Shown here piece after piece: positions 33,332 through 43,153 of a DNA stretch of 64,000 bases. Numbering within the stretch: the stretch's first letter is position 1; each line of letters opens with the position of its first letter. The stretch is from Gemmatimonadota bacterium (lineage in GTDB: Bacteria; Gemmatimonadota; Gemmatimonadetes; Palauibacterales; Palauibacteraceae). Below the pieces are notes generated by a model that saw nothing but the letters and a program-made list of their open reading frames with translations, searched no databases and was not told the origin of the DNA. The stretch covers positions 22,582 to 86,581 of the forward strand of contig JBDHIQ010000003.1 of the NCBI GenBank assembly GCA_039587395.1, in the 5' to 3' direction. Position numbers and translations under genes: made by a program.

Positions 33332-35824
33332 ATGGATCAGCAGCGTAACTCTCCAACGCGAGCGAAATACATGTCAGCGACAAGCAAGGTCTCTTCCCTT
33401 CCCCCGGACCAGCTGGGACGGCAGTGCGACCCTGAGCAGTTCGACTTCGAGACCACCGATGACCTGCCCGATCTGACGGAGATCATCGGTCAGCCGCGGG
33501 CCTCAAAGGCGGTGGAATTCGGACTGGGAATCCGCGGAAAGGGATTTCACATCTACGCGCTCGGACCCGAGGCCACGGACAAGCAGAGTCTGGTGCGCCA
33601 TTTTGTCGAAGCACGGGCTTCCGAAGAGGCGCCACCGTTCGACCTGTGTTACGTCCACAACTTCGTCGAGTCCCATCGACCGTGCGCTCTCCAGCTGCCG
33701 CCTGGAACCGGTCGGGAATTGGCGGACGACATGGATCACTGCCTGGACGAGCTCAAGGTCGAGCTCGAGGCGGCGTTCGAGAGCGAAGAGTACCAGACGC
33801 GACGTCAGGGTGTGCAGGAGGCGGCGGGCGAGCAGCACCAGGAATCTCTCGACGAGTTGGCGGAGCAGGCCAAGGAGCGTGGACTGGCCCTGCTGAGGAC
33901 TCCTCTCGGTTTCGTCTTCGCGCCCGTGCGCGAGGGCGAGGTCATCCCGCCTGAGGAGCTCGAGAAGCTTGGCGAGGAGGACAAGGAGCAACTGGAGGAA
34001 GGGATCAAGGGTCTCCAGGAGCAATTACAGGGGATCCTGCGCCAGATTCCCCGGCAGCAGCGGGAGGTGCGGGATCAGCTCCGGGACTTGAACAGCGAGG
34101 TGGCCCGGTTCGCCGCGCACGATCTTCTGGAAGAACTCCGGAAGAAGTACTCGGAGTACCCTGAAGTGGTCGCTCACCTGGACGCGGTGGAGAAGGACGT
34201 GGTGGAGAACGTCCGGCAGCTGCTGACCCCTGTTGCGGACAGCGAACAGGAGAAGCCACCGGCCGCCAGCGGTCCCGGGCCGGAGAGCCCCGCCGGCCAT
34301 CCGTCCCAGCGCTATCGCGTGAACGTGCTGGTGGATCACACGGAGTCGGGCAGCGCGCCCATCGTCTACGAGGAGAACCCGACGTACCAGAACCTGCTGG
34401 GGCGCATCGAATACCTCTCGGTGATGGGGACGCTTGTCACCGACTTCACGATGATCAAGCCCGGAGCGCTCCATCGCGCGAACGGCGGCTACCTCATCCT
34501 CGATGCGCGTCGCGTGCTTCTGACTCCCTTCGCCTGGGAGGGGCTGAAGCGAGCGCTGCAGTCGCGTGAGCTCCGTACGGAATCCCCCGGCGAGTCGCTC
34601 GGTCTGATGACGGTGTCCCTGGATCCGGAGCCGATGCCGCTGGACCTCAAGGTCGTGCTGTTCGGCAGCCGCATGCTCTACTACCTGCTGTCTCAGCATG
34701 ACCCGGATTTCCAGGACCTGTTCAAGGTGGCCGCCGACTTCGCGGATGAGATCGACAGATCGCCGGAGAGCGAGGCGCTCTATGCCAGAATGATCGCCAC
34801 GCTGGCCAGACAGGAGAGCCTGCGCCCGTTCGATCGCACGGGCGTAGCCGCCGTGGTAGACCGGAGCGCCCGCATGGTCGGCGATTCGGAGAAGCTGTCG
34901 GTCCGTACGCGAGGGGTGGTGGACCTTCTTCGCGAGGCAAGCTACTGGGCAGGAGAGGACGGCGTGGATGCCGTGACGGGTACGCACGTCGCCCGTGCGG
35001 TAGACGAGTGGACGTATCGTTCGGACCGGATGCGTGAACTCAGTCAGGAGCAGATTCTCCGCGAGACGGTCTACATCGATACGGAGGGAGAGCGGATCGG
35101 GCAGATCAACGGACTCTCCGTCCTCCAGCTTGGAGGCTTCGCCTTCGGCCGACCCAGCCGAATCACGGCCCGCGTCCGGCTCGGCTCGGGTCACGTGATC
35201 GACATCGAGCGAGAGGTTGAGCTGGGAGGGCCGATTCACTCCAAGGGCGTGTTCATTCTCTCCGGCTTCCTGGGAGGACGGTACGGGAGCGAGCGGCCTC
35301 TGTCGCTGTCGGCCAGCCTGGTGTTCGAGCAGTCGTACGGGGGAATCGATGGCGACAGCGCATCATCGGCCGAGCTGTACGCCCTGCTGTCGGCCATCTC
35401 GGGAGTCCCATTGGCCCAGTCCATTGCCGTCACTGGCTCGGTCAACCAGCACGGCCAGGTACAGCCCATTGGCGGGGTCAACGAGAAGATCGAGGGCTTC
35501 TTCGACGTCTGCCGGGCGCGCGGACTGACGGGCCACCAGGGCGTGATGATACCGGCGTCCAACGTCAAGCATCTCATGGTGCGCGATGATATCCGGGAAG
35601 CCGTGGCCGCGGGTCAGTTCAACATCTGGCCCGTGCGCTCAGTGGACCAGGGCATCGAGGTGCTCACCGGCATTCCGATGGGGGCGCGCGACGAGGATGG
35701 GCAGTATCCGCAGGGCACCATCAACCAACGCGTAGAGGCTCGCTTGACGGAGCTGGCGGAGAAACGGAAGGAGTTCGCGACTGGCGACGGGGCGGATCGC
35801 GAGAGCCCGGAGGATGGATCGTGA
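33332..35824 (+). CDS. Lon-related putative ATP-dependent protease (COG1067-like) with intact Ser-Lys protease domain but degenerate Walker A
   Basis: 830 aa. The C-terminal Lon protease domain has GGIDGDSASSAELYALLSA...PIGGVNEKIEGFF (catalytic S and K present). The N-terminal P-loop position reads ALGPEATDKQS instead of GPPGTGKT. A coiled-coil Glu-rich middle is present. Alternative ATG at 33371. Confidence 0.85.
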   Translation: MDQQRNSPTRAKYMSATSKVSSLPPDQLGRQCDPEQFDFETTDDLPDLTEIIGQPRASKAVEFGLGIRGKGFHIYALGPEATDKQSLVRHFVEARASEEAPPFDLCYVHNFVESHRPCALQLPPGTGRELADDMDHCLDELKVELEAAFESEEYQTRRQGVQEAAGEQHQESLDELAEQAKERGLALLRTPLGFVFAPVREGEVIPPEELEKLGEEDKEQLEEGIKGLQEQLQGILRQIPRQQREVRDQLRDLNSEVARFAAHDLLEELRKKYSEYPEVVAHLDAVEKDVVENVRQLLTPVADSEQEKPPAASGPGPESPAGHPSQRYRVNVLVDHTESGSAPIVYEENPTYQNLLGRIEYLSVMGTLVTDFTMIKPGALHRANGGYLILDARRVLLTPFAWEGLKRALQSRELRTESPGESLGLMTVSLDPEPMPLDLKVVLFGSRMLYYLLSQHDPDFQDLFKVAADFADEIDRSPESEALYARMIATLARQESLRPFDRTGVAAVVDRSARMVGDSEKLSVRTRGVVDLLREASYWAGEDGVDAVTGTHVARAVDEWTYRSDRMRELSQEQILRETVYIDTEGERIGQINGLSVLQLGGFAFGRPSRITARVRLGSGHVIDIEREVELGGPIHSKGVFILSGFLGGRYGSERPLSLSASLVFEQSYGGIDGDSASSAELYALLSAISGVPLAQSIAVTGSVNQHGQVQPIGGVNEKIEGFFDVCRARGLTGHQGVMIPASNVKHLMVRDDIREAVAAGQFNIWPVRSVDQGIEVLTGIPMGARDEDGQYPQGTINQRVEARLTELAEKRKEFATGDGADRESPEDGS

Positions 35825-36687
35825 ACCAACCGACCACCGACACCCCGGACACCGAGCGAGCCATCCGGCGCATCCTTGTCGCCCTTGATGCATCGGCACA
35901 CAGCCTGGCCGCGGTCGAGGCCGCCGCCCGGCTCGCGGAGGAGGTGGATGCGGAGCTCGAGGGCCTGTTCATCGAGGACGTGAGCCTCATCCGGCTCGCA
36001 AGGCTGGGGCTGACCCGAGAGATCGACGTCCTGTCCGCCCGCCTCCGTGATCTGGAGAGCCGCCCGCTGGAGCGCCAGCTCCGCCAGCAGGGGGCGCGCG
36101 CCCACCGTCAGCTGAAGGAGTCCGCTGGAGAGCGACGACTGGTCTGGAAGTTCCGACGGGTTCGGGGCCGGGTGATCCCGGAGCTGCAGGAAGCCGCCCA
36201 GGCGGCCGACCTGGTGATTCTGGGCGTCCGCGGCTGGTCACCCGGCCGCGGCCCGGGCTCGACCGTGCGCGCATTGCTGCAGAAGCCCGAGACGCCGGTC
36301 ATGGTGCTTGGCCGCTCCTCGCGGCTGGGCAAATCCGTATTCGCGGTGTTCGGCGGCTCTCCCGACGGACGCCGGGCCCTGCAGCTGGCCGGCTCGCTCG
36401 CCAGCAGCAAAGGGGCATCGCTCACCGTGCTACTGGTGCCGGAGGAAGGGGCAGAAGCGGAAGCGCTGGAGCTGGCCGCGGCACAGATCCTCGGTCCGCT
36501 CGAAATCGATGTCGAGTTCCGACGCCTCGTTCCCGGCCAGGGCGCCCGCCTGGCGCACGTGGTCAGGGCGGAAGGCTGCGGGTTGTTCGTGGTCCCCCGA
36601 CCTCCGCTCGAGGCGGAAGGCCAGGAAGGCGAGTCGGTCCGCGACATGCTGGCCGAGCTGGATTGCCCGGTGCTGATGGTGGGCTAG
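35821..36687 (+). CDS. Universal stress protein, tandem UspA domains
   Basis: 288 aa. GTG start overlaps the stop of the preceding gene. Two USP-like halves (ILVALDAS..., VFAVFGGS...). Confidence 0.85.
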   Translation: MNQPTTDTPDTERAIRRILVALDASAHSLAAVEAAARLAEEVDAELEGLFIEDVSLIRLARLGLTREIDVLSARLRDLESRPLERQLRQQGARAHRQLKESAGERRLVWKFRRVRGRVIPELQEAAQAADLVILGVRGWSPGRGPGSTVRALLQKPETPVMVLGRSSRLGKSVFAVFGGSPDGRRALQLAGSLASSKGASLTVLLVPEEGAEAEALELAAAQILGPLEIDVEFRRLVPGQGARLAHVVRAEGCGLFVVPRPPLEAEGQEGESVRDMLAELDCPVLMVG

Positions 36688-36847
36688 CGCTCCAGCGGTT
36701 CGCGCCGGAGCGACTGCGACCGCCTCGAGGCCGCGCGCTCCCGCTTCCGGAGATTGCGAAAGCGCCAGTTGTCCTTAGTATGGACGCCACCGGATCCGAC
36801 GCTTGCGCGTCGCCATCGCCACGTGTCTCAGGAGGCAATTCCCAGGA

Positions 36848-38974
36848 ATGAGCGAGAAATCCGCGGCCGAGTCGTTCGTGCGCTTCGAGCCGGATCTACC
36901 GGAGCGCATCGCCAGACTCCGGGAAATGGCCCTCGACATCTCCTGGAGCTGGAGTCGTGAGGCCCGCGCCGTGTTCCGCCAACTGGACTTCACGCTGTGG
37001 CGGCTGACCCGGCACAACCCGATCGCCCTGCTGAAGCGCATCGATCCCGATCGACTGGAGTACTGCTCTACGGCTCCCGAGTTCTTGCAGCTGTACGATC
37101 GGGCCGTTCACCGGTTTGAGTGGGAGACCTGGCACGAGCAAACCTGGTACGCCAGAAGCTACCCCGAGCTGCGGGAGCGCCCGATAGCCTATTTCTGCGC
37201 CGAGTTCGGATTGCACAGCACGGTACCCATCTACTCCGGGGGCCTGGGAGTGCTGGCCGGAGACCACTGCAAGGCCGCCTCGGACATCGGCGTGCCCCTG
37301 GTCGGAGTCGGACAGGAAGATGCCGACGAGACGTTTGACCTCTCCCTTACCCCGCTGGAGCTGATCCCCAACCGCAAAGGCAAACCCTATCTGACGTGGG
37401 TCTACTCCTCGGGACGGCGGGTCTACATTGCGGCGTGGCGCATGCGGGTGGGCCGCGTGACAGTCTACCTCCTGGACACGGATCTGGAGCAGAACGATCC
37501 GGCGGACCGCGAGTTGTCCCACAAACTTTACGCCGGCGGCGCGAACCACCGGCTTCGCCAGGAGGGACTTCTCGGCATCGGCGGCGTCCGTGTCCTGCGG
37601 GCTCTCGGGATTGAGCCGGCCGCCTGGCATGCCAACGAGGGGCACGCGGCCTTCATGCTCGTGGAGCGAGTGCGCGAGCTGACCGGTGCGGGAGCGCCAC
37701 TGGATGAGGCCGTGCGGCAGGTTCGTGCGACCAGCGTCTTCACTACACACACGCCCGTCCCGGCGGGTCACGACATCTTCACCAGCGAGCAGATCAAGGA
37801 ATGGGTCGGCACCTACTGGAAGAAGATCGGACACCGGGAAGAACTGCTGCAACTCGGTTCGCATCCCGTGATGGACGAGGGTCGGTTCCATATGACCGCG
37901 GCGGCCATCCGGCTTTCAAGCCGGGTGAACGGTGTGTCGGAGCGCCACGGGCAGGTCACGCGCAAGATCTGGAAGGACCTGTGGAAGAACCGCAGTACTA
38001 AGGAGATCCCGATCGGACACGTCACGAACGGCGTGCATCTCGCCTCCTGGATGAACGACGAGATCATGGAGCTGTTCGATCGGCATCTGGGATCGGACTG
38101 GGGCAAGCACCGGAACAACGAGGGATTCTGGGAGGGCGTGCTGTGGCTGCGCGACGTGGACCTGTGGTCGGTCCACACTATGCTCAAGGTGAGCATGCTG
38201 GACTTCGTGCGCGAGGAGGCGCGCCGGCACTGGCGCGATCACTGGGAGGAAGCATCGCACCTGGTCGGCGCCGGCACCCTGCTGGACCCGCGTGCGTTCA
38301 CGCTCGGCTTTGCCCGGCGCTTCGCATCGTACAAGCGGGCGGATCTCATCTTCCACGACCGCGAGCGGCTGCGCAAACTGCTCATGAACCCGTGGCGTCC
38401 CGTGCAGATTGTGTTTGCCGGCAAGGCCCATCCCAGGGACGAGTTCGGCAAGAAGGTCCTGCAAAAGGTCTACTCCTACACCCGGGATCCGGAGTTCGCA
38501 GGCCGCATTGCATTCATCGAGGACTACAACATGCACCTGGCCCACCGCCTGGTCGAAGGCGTGGACCTGTGGGTCAACCTCCCGCGGCCGCCGCTGGAAG
38601 CCTCGGGGACCAGCGGCATGAAGGCGGCGCTCAACGGCGTCCCCCAGATCGCGACCGATGACGGCTGGTGGTCAGAAGCATACACCGGCAAGAACGGCTG
38701 GATCCTGCCGTACGCCGAGGGGAACGACGTCGAGGAGCAGGACGCCCTGGACGCCGAGCGGTTCTACGATCTCCTCGAGAGCGAGATCACTCCGCTTTAC
38801 TACCGCACCGACAAGCGCGGCATCCCGGTGGGCTGGGTCGAGCGGATGAAGCACTCGATCAAGGTCGCGGGCCAGCACTTCACGGCCAGGCGCATGCTGC
38901 AGGAGTACGTGAACGATTGCTACGTTCCGGCGGTCCGGGCCGACCTGGAAGGGGACGACCCGCCCGACCTATGA
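36848..38974 (+). CDS. glgP: Alpha-glucan phosphorylase (GlgP, DUF3417-type N-terminus)
   Basis: ATG at 36848 (MSEKSAAESF...). It has the NLSWSWSREA-type N-terminus and a pyridoxal-phosphate region TSGMKAALNGVPQI. The track ORF starts at an upstream TTG. Confidence 0.9.
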   Translation: MSEKSAAESFVRFEPDLPERIARLREMALDISWSWSREARAVFRQLDFTLWRLTRHNPIALLKRIDPDRLEYCSTAPEFLQLYDRAVHRFEWETWHEQTWYARSYPELRERPIAYFCAEFGLHSTVPIYSGGLGVLAGDHCKAASDIGVPLVGVGQEDADETFDLSLTPLELIPNRKGKPYLTWVYSSGRRVYIAAWRMRVGRVTVYLLDTDLEQNDPADRELSHKLYAGGANHRLRQEGLLGIGGVRVLRALGIEPAAWHANEGHAAFMLVERVRELTGAGAPLDEAVRQVRATSVFTTHTPVPAGHDIFTSEQIKEWVGTYWKKIGHREELLQLGSHPVMDEGRFHMTAAAIRLSSRVNGVSERHGQVTRKIWKDLWKNRSTKEIPIGHVTNGVHLASWMNDEIMELFDRHLGSDWGKHRNNEGFWEGVLWLRDVDLWSVHTMLKVSMLDFVREEARRHWRDHWEEASHLVGAGTLLDPRAFTLGFARRFASYKRADLIFHDRERLRKLLMNPWRPVQIVFAGKAHPRDEFGKKVLQKVYSYTRDPEFAGRIAFIEDYNMHLAHRLVEGVDLWVNLPRPPLEASGTSGMKAALNGVPQIATDDGWWSEAYTGKNGWILPYAEGNDVEEQDALDAERFYDLLESEITPLYYRTDKRGIPVGWVERMKHSIKVAGQHFTARRMLQEYVNDCYVPAVRADLEGDDPPDL

Positions 38975-38994
38975 CCGGGCCGGGCCCGCCCCCA

Positions 38995-41358
38995 TCAGAC
39001 GCGCTTCAGGTAGAGCACGGACAGCGGAGACAACGACAGGGTGAGCGAGCAATCCTTCCCGTGCGCAACCGCAGCGGCCGTCTGATAGTGAACCTCCTGC
39101 CTGTCCTCCGACCCCGGCGGGTTGGCCCGGCTGGCTGATCCAGTGAAGACCGGGTCCTCCGTGTCGAAAATCACTCGATACTCCCCCTCGAAAGGCACGC
39201 CCACACGGTAGTCCTCCAGGCGCCGGGCGGAGAAGTTGGCGACTACGACGACAAAGTCGTGCCAGTCCGTGGCTCGACGCAGGAAGGCGATGACGCTGTT
39301 CTTCGCGTCCGTGTGGTCGATCCACTCGAAGCCCTCTGGAGCGAGGGCCAGTTCGTGCAGGGCCGCGTCGCTCCGGTACAGTAAGTTGAGCGCGCGGACC
39401 ATCTCCTGGATGCCCGCGTGGTCGGGCTCGCTGAGCCGATCCCACTCTATCTGGGAATCGTGGTTCCACTCCGCCAGCTGACCCAGCTCACCTCCCATGA
39501 AGAGCAGCTTCCGGCCCGGATGTGCCCACATGTAGCCGAACAGAAGACGGAGATTGGCCATCTGCTGGGTCCGAGTCCCGGGCATCTTGGTCAGCAGCGA
39601 CCGCTTCAGGTGGACCACCTCGTCGTGCGACAGGGGGAGCAGGTGTCGCTCCTGGAAGGTGTACATGATCGAGAAGGTGAGCTTGTCGTGCAGCTCCGAC
39701 CGGCGCTCCGGCTCCGTCTGCATCACCGAGAGCGTGTCGTTCATCCACCCCATCTTCCACTTCATGTCGAACCCGAGCCCGCCGTCGGCAGGTGCGTGGG
39801 TGACCTTCGGCCACGCCGTGGACTCCTCGGCGAAGATCAGCGCGTCGGGCACGGCCGTGTGCACGTGCTCGTTCAAGCGGCGCAGAAACGCGATCGCTTC
39901 CAGGTTCTCCCGGCCGCCAAACTCGTTCGGCAGCCACTCCCCTTTCTCGCGGGCGTAGTCCAGGTACAGCATCGAGGCCACGGCGTCCACGCGAAGCCCG
40001 TCGACGTGGTACTCCTCCAGCCAGAAGAGCGCGCTCGACACCAGGAATGAACGAACCTCCGCCCGTCCATAATCGTAGATCTGCGTTCCCCACTCCGGGT
40101 GCGAACCGCGGCGCGGATCCTCGTGGTCGTACAGGTGCGTCCCATCAAACTGGGCCAGACCATGCGGATCCCGCGGGAAATGCGCCGGTACCCAATCCAG
40201 GATCACGCCCAGGCCGAGCCGGTGAGCGGAGTCCACCAGGTACTTGAAATCGTCGGGCGAGCCGAACCGGGAGGTGGGGGCGAAGTAGCCGACCGTCTGG
40301 TATCCCCAGCTTGCGTCCAGCGGATGCTCGGTGACCGGCAACAGCTCCACGTGCGTGAAGCCCAGGTCCTTTACGTAGGGCAGCAGCTGTTCCGCCAGCT
40401 CGCGGTAGCTGAGCCAGCCGGCCGGGTCCCCGTCCGCCATCCCCGGACGTCGCCGCCACGAGCCCAGATGCACCTCGTAGATGGACAGCGCGGCATCGGA
40501 AGCATGGACGGCCGGCCGTTGGGCCATCCAGTCCACGTCTTCCCAGGCAAACCCCTCCAGGTCCCAGACTTTCGAGGCTGTCGCGGGTCTCACCTCGGCC
40601 GCGAAGCCGACCGGGTCCGCCTTGGCCAGTCGCTCGGGCTTCTGCCGGATCGGTCTCTTCCTGCCGGCTCGGCCGGTCCGTCCCCTGACCTTACCCCGCT
40701 TACCTTTCCCGGTGGTCGTTTCCACGGGCGCAGCCTCCGCGGCCGCATCGGGGTCCGTCAGGACCTCGTACTTGTACAGAGCTCCCGTCTCCACGCCCGG
40801 CACGAAGAGCTCCCATACTCCGGACTCGCCGCGCCGCCGCATGGGGTGCACCCGGGCATCCCAGCCGTTGAACTCGCCCATGAGCCCCACGCTCGCGGCG
40901 CCAGGAGCCCAGACGGCAAAGCACGTGCCCGCCACGCCCTGGTGCACCAGCGTGCGGGCACCCAGGAACTCGTGGACTCTGGGCAGGCCCGAATCCGAGA
41001 ACTCATCCAGGATCTCCTGCGCGGTCACGGGTCCGAACCGGTACGGGTCGTCCACGATCTCCGTGTGGCCTCCAGGCCAGTCCAGCTCGAACCGGTAGTC
41101 CGGAAGAGGCCCGTCTTCAAGACCTCGGCACACGTCCTCTGGCAGGACCACCTCGAATATCCCCTCGCTATCGCACAGGGACATCTCGAGACGCGACTCG
41201 CCGGCCAGCAGGGTCATCGCTTCGGCATGCGGGCGGAACGCCCGCACCACGCATCCGGCCCCGCCCGGACCGGAACGCTGCACACCGAGCACTCGGAAGG
41301 GCTCTTCGCAGCAACCGGTCACGATGGCGCGCAGTTGGCCGTTACTCTCTGTCCGCAT
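38995..41358 (-). CDS. glgB: 1,4-alpha-glucan branching enzyme GlgB (GH13) with a Lys/Arg-rich insertion in the N-terminal region
   Basis: 787 aa. It has GH13 catalytic blocks (GVILDWVPAHF, DGLRVDAV, EESTAWP). The insertion is TTGKGKRGKVRGRTGRAGRKRPIRQKPERLAKADP. Confidence 0.9.
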   Translation of the reverse strand: MRTESNGQLRAIVTGCCEEPFRVLGVQRSGPGGAGCVVRAFRPHAEAMTLLAGESRLEMSLCDSEGIFEVVLPEDVCRGLEDGPLPDYRFELDWPGGHTEIVDDPYRFGPVTAQEILDEFSDSGLPRVHEFLGARTLVHQGVAGTCFAVWAPGAASVGLMGEFNGWDARVHPMRRRGESGVWELFVPGVETGALYKYEVLTDPDAAAEAAPVETTTGKGKRGKVRGRTGRAGRKRPIRQKPERLAKADPVGFAAEVRPATASKVWDLEGFAWEDVDWMAQRPAVHASDAALSIYEVHLGSWRRRPGMADGDPAGWLSYRELAEQLLPYVKDLGFTHVELLPVTEHPLDASWGYQTVGYFAPTSRFGSPDDFKYLVDSAHRLGLGVILDWVPAHFPRDPHGLAQFDGTHLYDHEDPRRGSHPEWGTQIYDYGRAEVRSFLVSSALFWLEEYHVDGLRVDAVASMLYLDYAREKGEWLPNEFGGRENLEAIAFLRRLNEHVHTAVPDALIFAEESTAWPKVTHAPADGGLGFDMKWKMGWMNDTLSVMQTEPERRSELHDKLTFSIMYTFQERHLLPLSHDEVVHLKRSLLTKMPGTRTQQMANLRLLFGYMWAHPGRKLLFMGGELGQLAEWNHDSQIEWDRLSEPDHAGIQEMVRALNLLYRSDAALHELALAPEGFEWIDHTDAKNSVIAFLRRATDWHDFVVVVANFSARRLEDYRVGVPFEGEYRVIFDTEDPVFTGSASRANPPGSEDRQEVHYQTAAAVAHGKDCSLTLSLSPLSVLYLKRV

Positions 41359-41586
41359 TTATCCCTTCGATCCACCGGCGCACCGGGGAGCGCCGACCGT
41401 GTGAAAACTGACGCTACGCGCTGCTGATCCGGCGTTGCAGATCATGCCGAACGCGCCCTACTTTCTCAACGCCCTGACACTGCTCAGCGACAGGTCGTCG
41501 CGCCGGTCCAGGGCCATGACTTTCGAAGACTCGGACATAACTATGCAGCCTGAGCACAGGGTGGCGCGAGTCACCGTCTTGAGCCT

Positions 41587-43110
41587 GTGAGCGACTTTCA
41601 GCCGTTTGTCCCGTCCGAGTCGGGGAGCGACCTCTGGGATGTCCCCTCCCGGGAGCAGCTGTCGGTCGTTCACCTGGTCGCCGAGTACTGGCCGTTTGCA
41701 CGCACCGGCGGGCTGGCGGAGGCGGTCCGCGGCATCGCGACGTTTCAGGCCGCTTCGGGCACGCCGGTGACCATCTTCCTGCCGCTGTACGACCTGATCC
41801 GCCGGGACCACCTGGACCTGGAGCTCATCTGGGGCCCCTATTCCGTGCAGGTTGGTCCGCGCAGCGAGGAGGCACGGCTCTATGCGCTTCCCGGCCCTCA
41901 GTCCAACCCGCGGGTCCTGTTCGTGGACCACCCGGAGTATTTCCTGCGACCGGGTCTGTACGGTGACCCGCTGGCCGGAGACTACGTCGATAACGCGCAA
42001 CGATTCGCCTTCTTCAACATGGCCGCCATCACGGCCCTGGGGGAGATGGTGGATCCGCCGGTCGTCGTCCACGCGCACGATTGGCACACGGCGCTGGCGC
42101 CCATCTACCTGCGCAACGTCTTCTCGGACAGGGAGCCATACCGCCGCATGGCGACTGTGCTGTCCGTGCACAACGCGGCCTTCCAGGGCCACCACCGGCC
42201 CGAGATACTCGCCGACCTGGGACTCCCGGACGAGCTGTACGACTGGCGACTGCTGGAATGGTACGGCCAGGTCAACCTGTTGAAGGGCGGACTCGCGTTT
42301 AGTGACTTTGCGACCACGGTCAGCCCGACGCACGCCCACGAGCTTCGCACCCGGGCCGGAGGTTTTGGTCTCCACGATGCGTTCTGCGACATGCAGGACC
42401 GGTTCCTGGGCATTCGGAACGGCATCGACCTCAACGTCTGGGACCCGGCCACGGATCCGGAGATCGCCGCGCACTACTCCAGTGAGGACCTGTCTGGGAA
42501 GGCCGAGTGCAAGACGGCCGTGCAGCAGGAATGGGGTCTCCCTGTCGCACCCGATGTGCCCGTATTCGGGATGACGGCCCGGATGGTGGCACAGAAGGGG
42601 ATTGACATCATCCTCGCCGACGACATGCTGCTCCGGCACCGGGCCCAGTTCCTGTTTCTGGGATCCGGCGAGCCGCAGTACGAGCAGGCGCTCGCCAGAA
42701 TGGCGCAGACGGCTCCCGACAGAATCGTGCTCGACTCCGATTTCCAGGAGAGCAAAGAGCACCGGCTCATGGCCGGCAGTGACATCCTGCTGATGCCCTC
42801 TCAGTACGAGCCCTGCGGGCTCACGCAGATGCGGGCCCAGATCTACGGCGCCCTTCCCGTCGCGCGGCGAGTGGGAGGGCTTGCCGACACCATCGACGAC
42901 CAGGTGACGGGTTTTCTGTTCGACGCCTACGGCCCGGAAGGACTGGAGCGCGGCATCGCGCGCGCCATCAGCCTGTACGTGGGGCCGCGCAAGGTCTGGG
43001 AGGCTCACATGCGGGAGGCTATGAGCCGGGATTTCGGGTGGCACAGTCCGGCGCAACGGTACCTGGACGTCTACCTCGAAGCGCTCGAAGTGCACTCGCG
43101 CGCGAATTGA
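41587..43110 (+). CDS. glgA: Glycogen synthase GlgA (GT5)
   Basis: 507 aa. GTG start. It has the GT5 motifs EYWPFARTGGLAE and SQYEPCGLTQM. Confidence 0.85.
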   Translation: MSDFQPFVPSESGSDLWDVPSREQLSVVHLVAEYWPFARTGGLAEAVRGIATFQAASGTPVTIFLPLYDLIRRDHLDLELIWGPYSVQVGPRSEEARLYALPGPQSNPRVLFVDHPEYFLRPGLYGDPLAGDYVDNAQRFAFFNMAAITALGEMVDPPVVVHAHDWHTALAPIYLRNVFSDREPYRRMATVLSVHNAAFQGHHRPEILADLGLPDELYDWRLLEWYGQVNLLKGGLAFSDFATTVSPTHAHELRTRAGGFGLHDAFCDMQDRFLGIRNGIDLNVWDPATDPEIAAHYSSEDLSGKAECKTAVQQEWGLPVAPDVPVFGMTARMVAQKGIDIILADDMLLRHRAQFLFLGSGEPQYEQALARMAQTAPDRIVLDSDFQESKEHRLMAGSDILLMPSQYEPCGLTQMRAQIYGALPVARRVGGLADTIDDQVTGFLFDAYGPEGLERGIARAISLYVGPRKVWEAHMREAMSRDFGWHSPAQRYLDVYLEALEVHSRAN

Positions 43111-43153
43111 CGCGGCACTCAATGGCCTGGCCCCGGGTCGGCAAGCCACCGTC

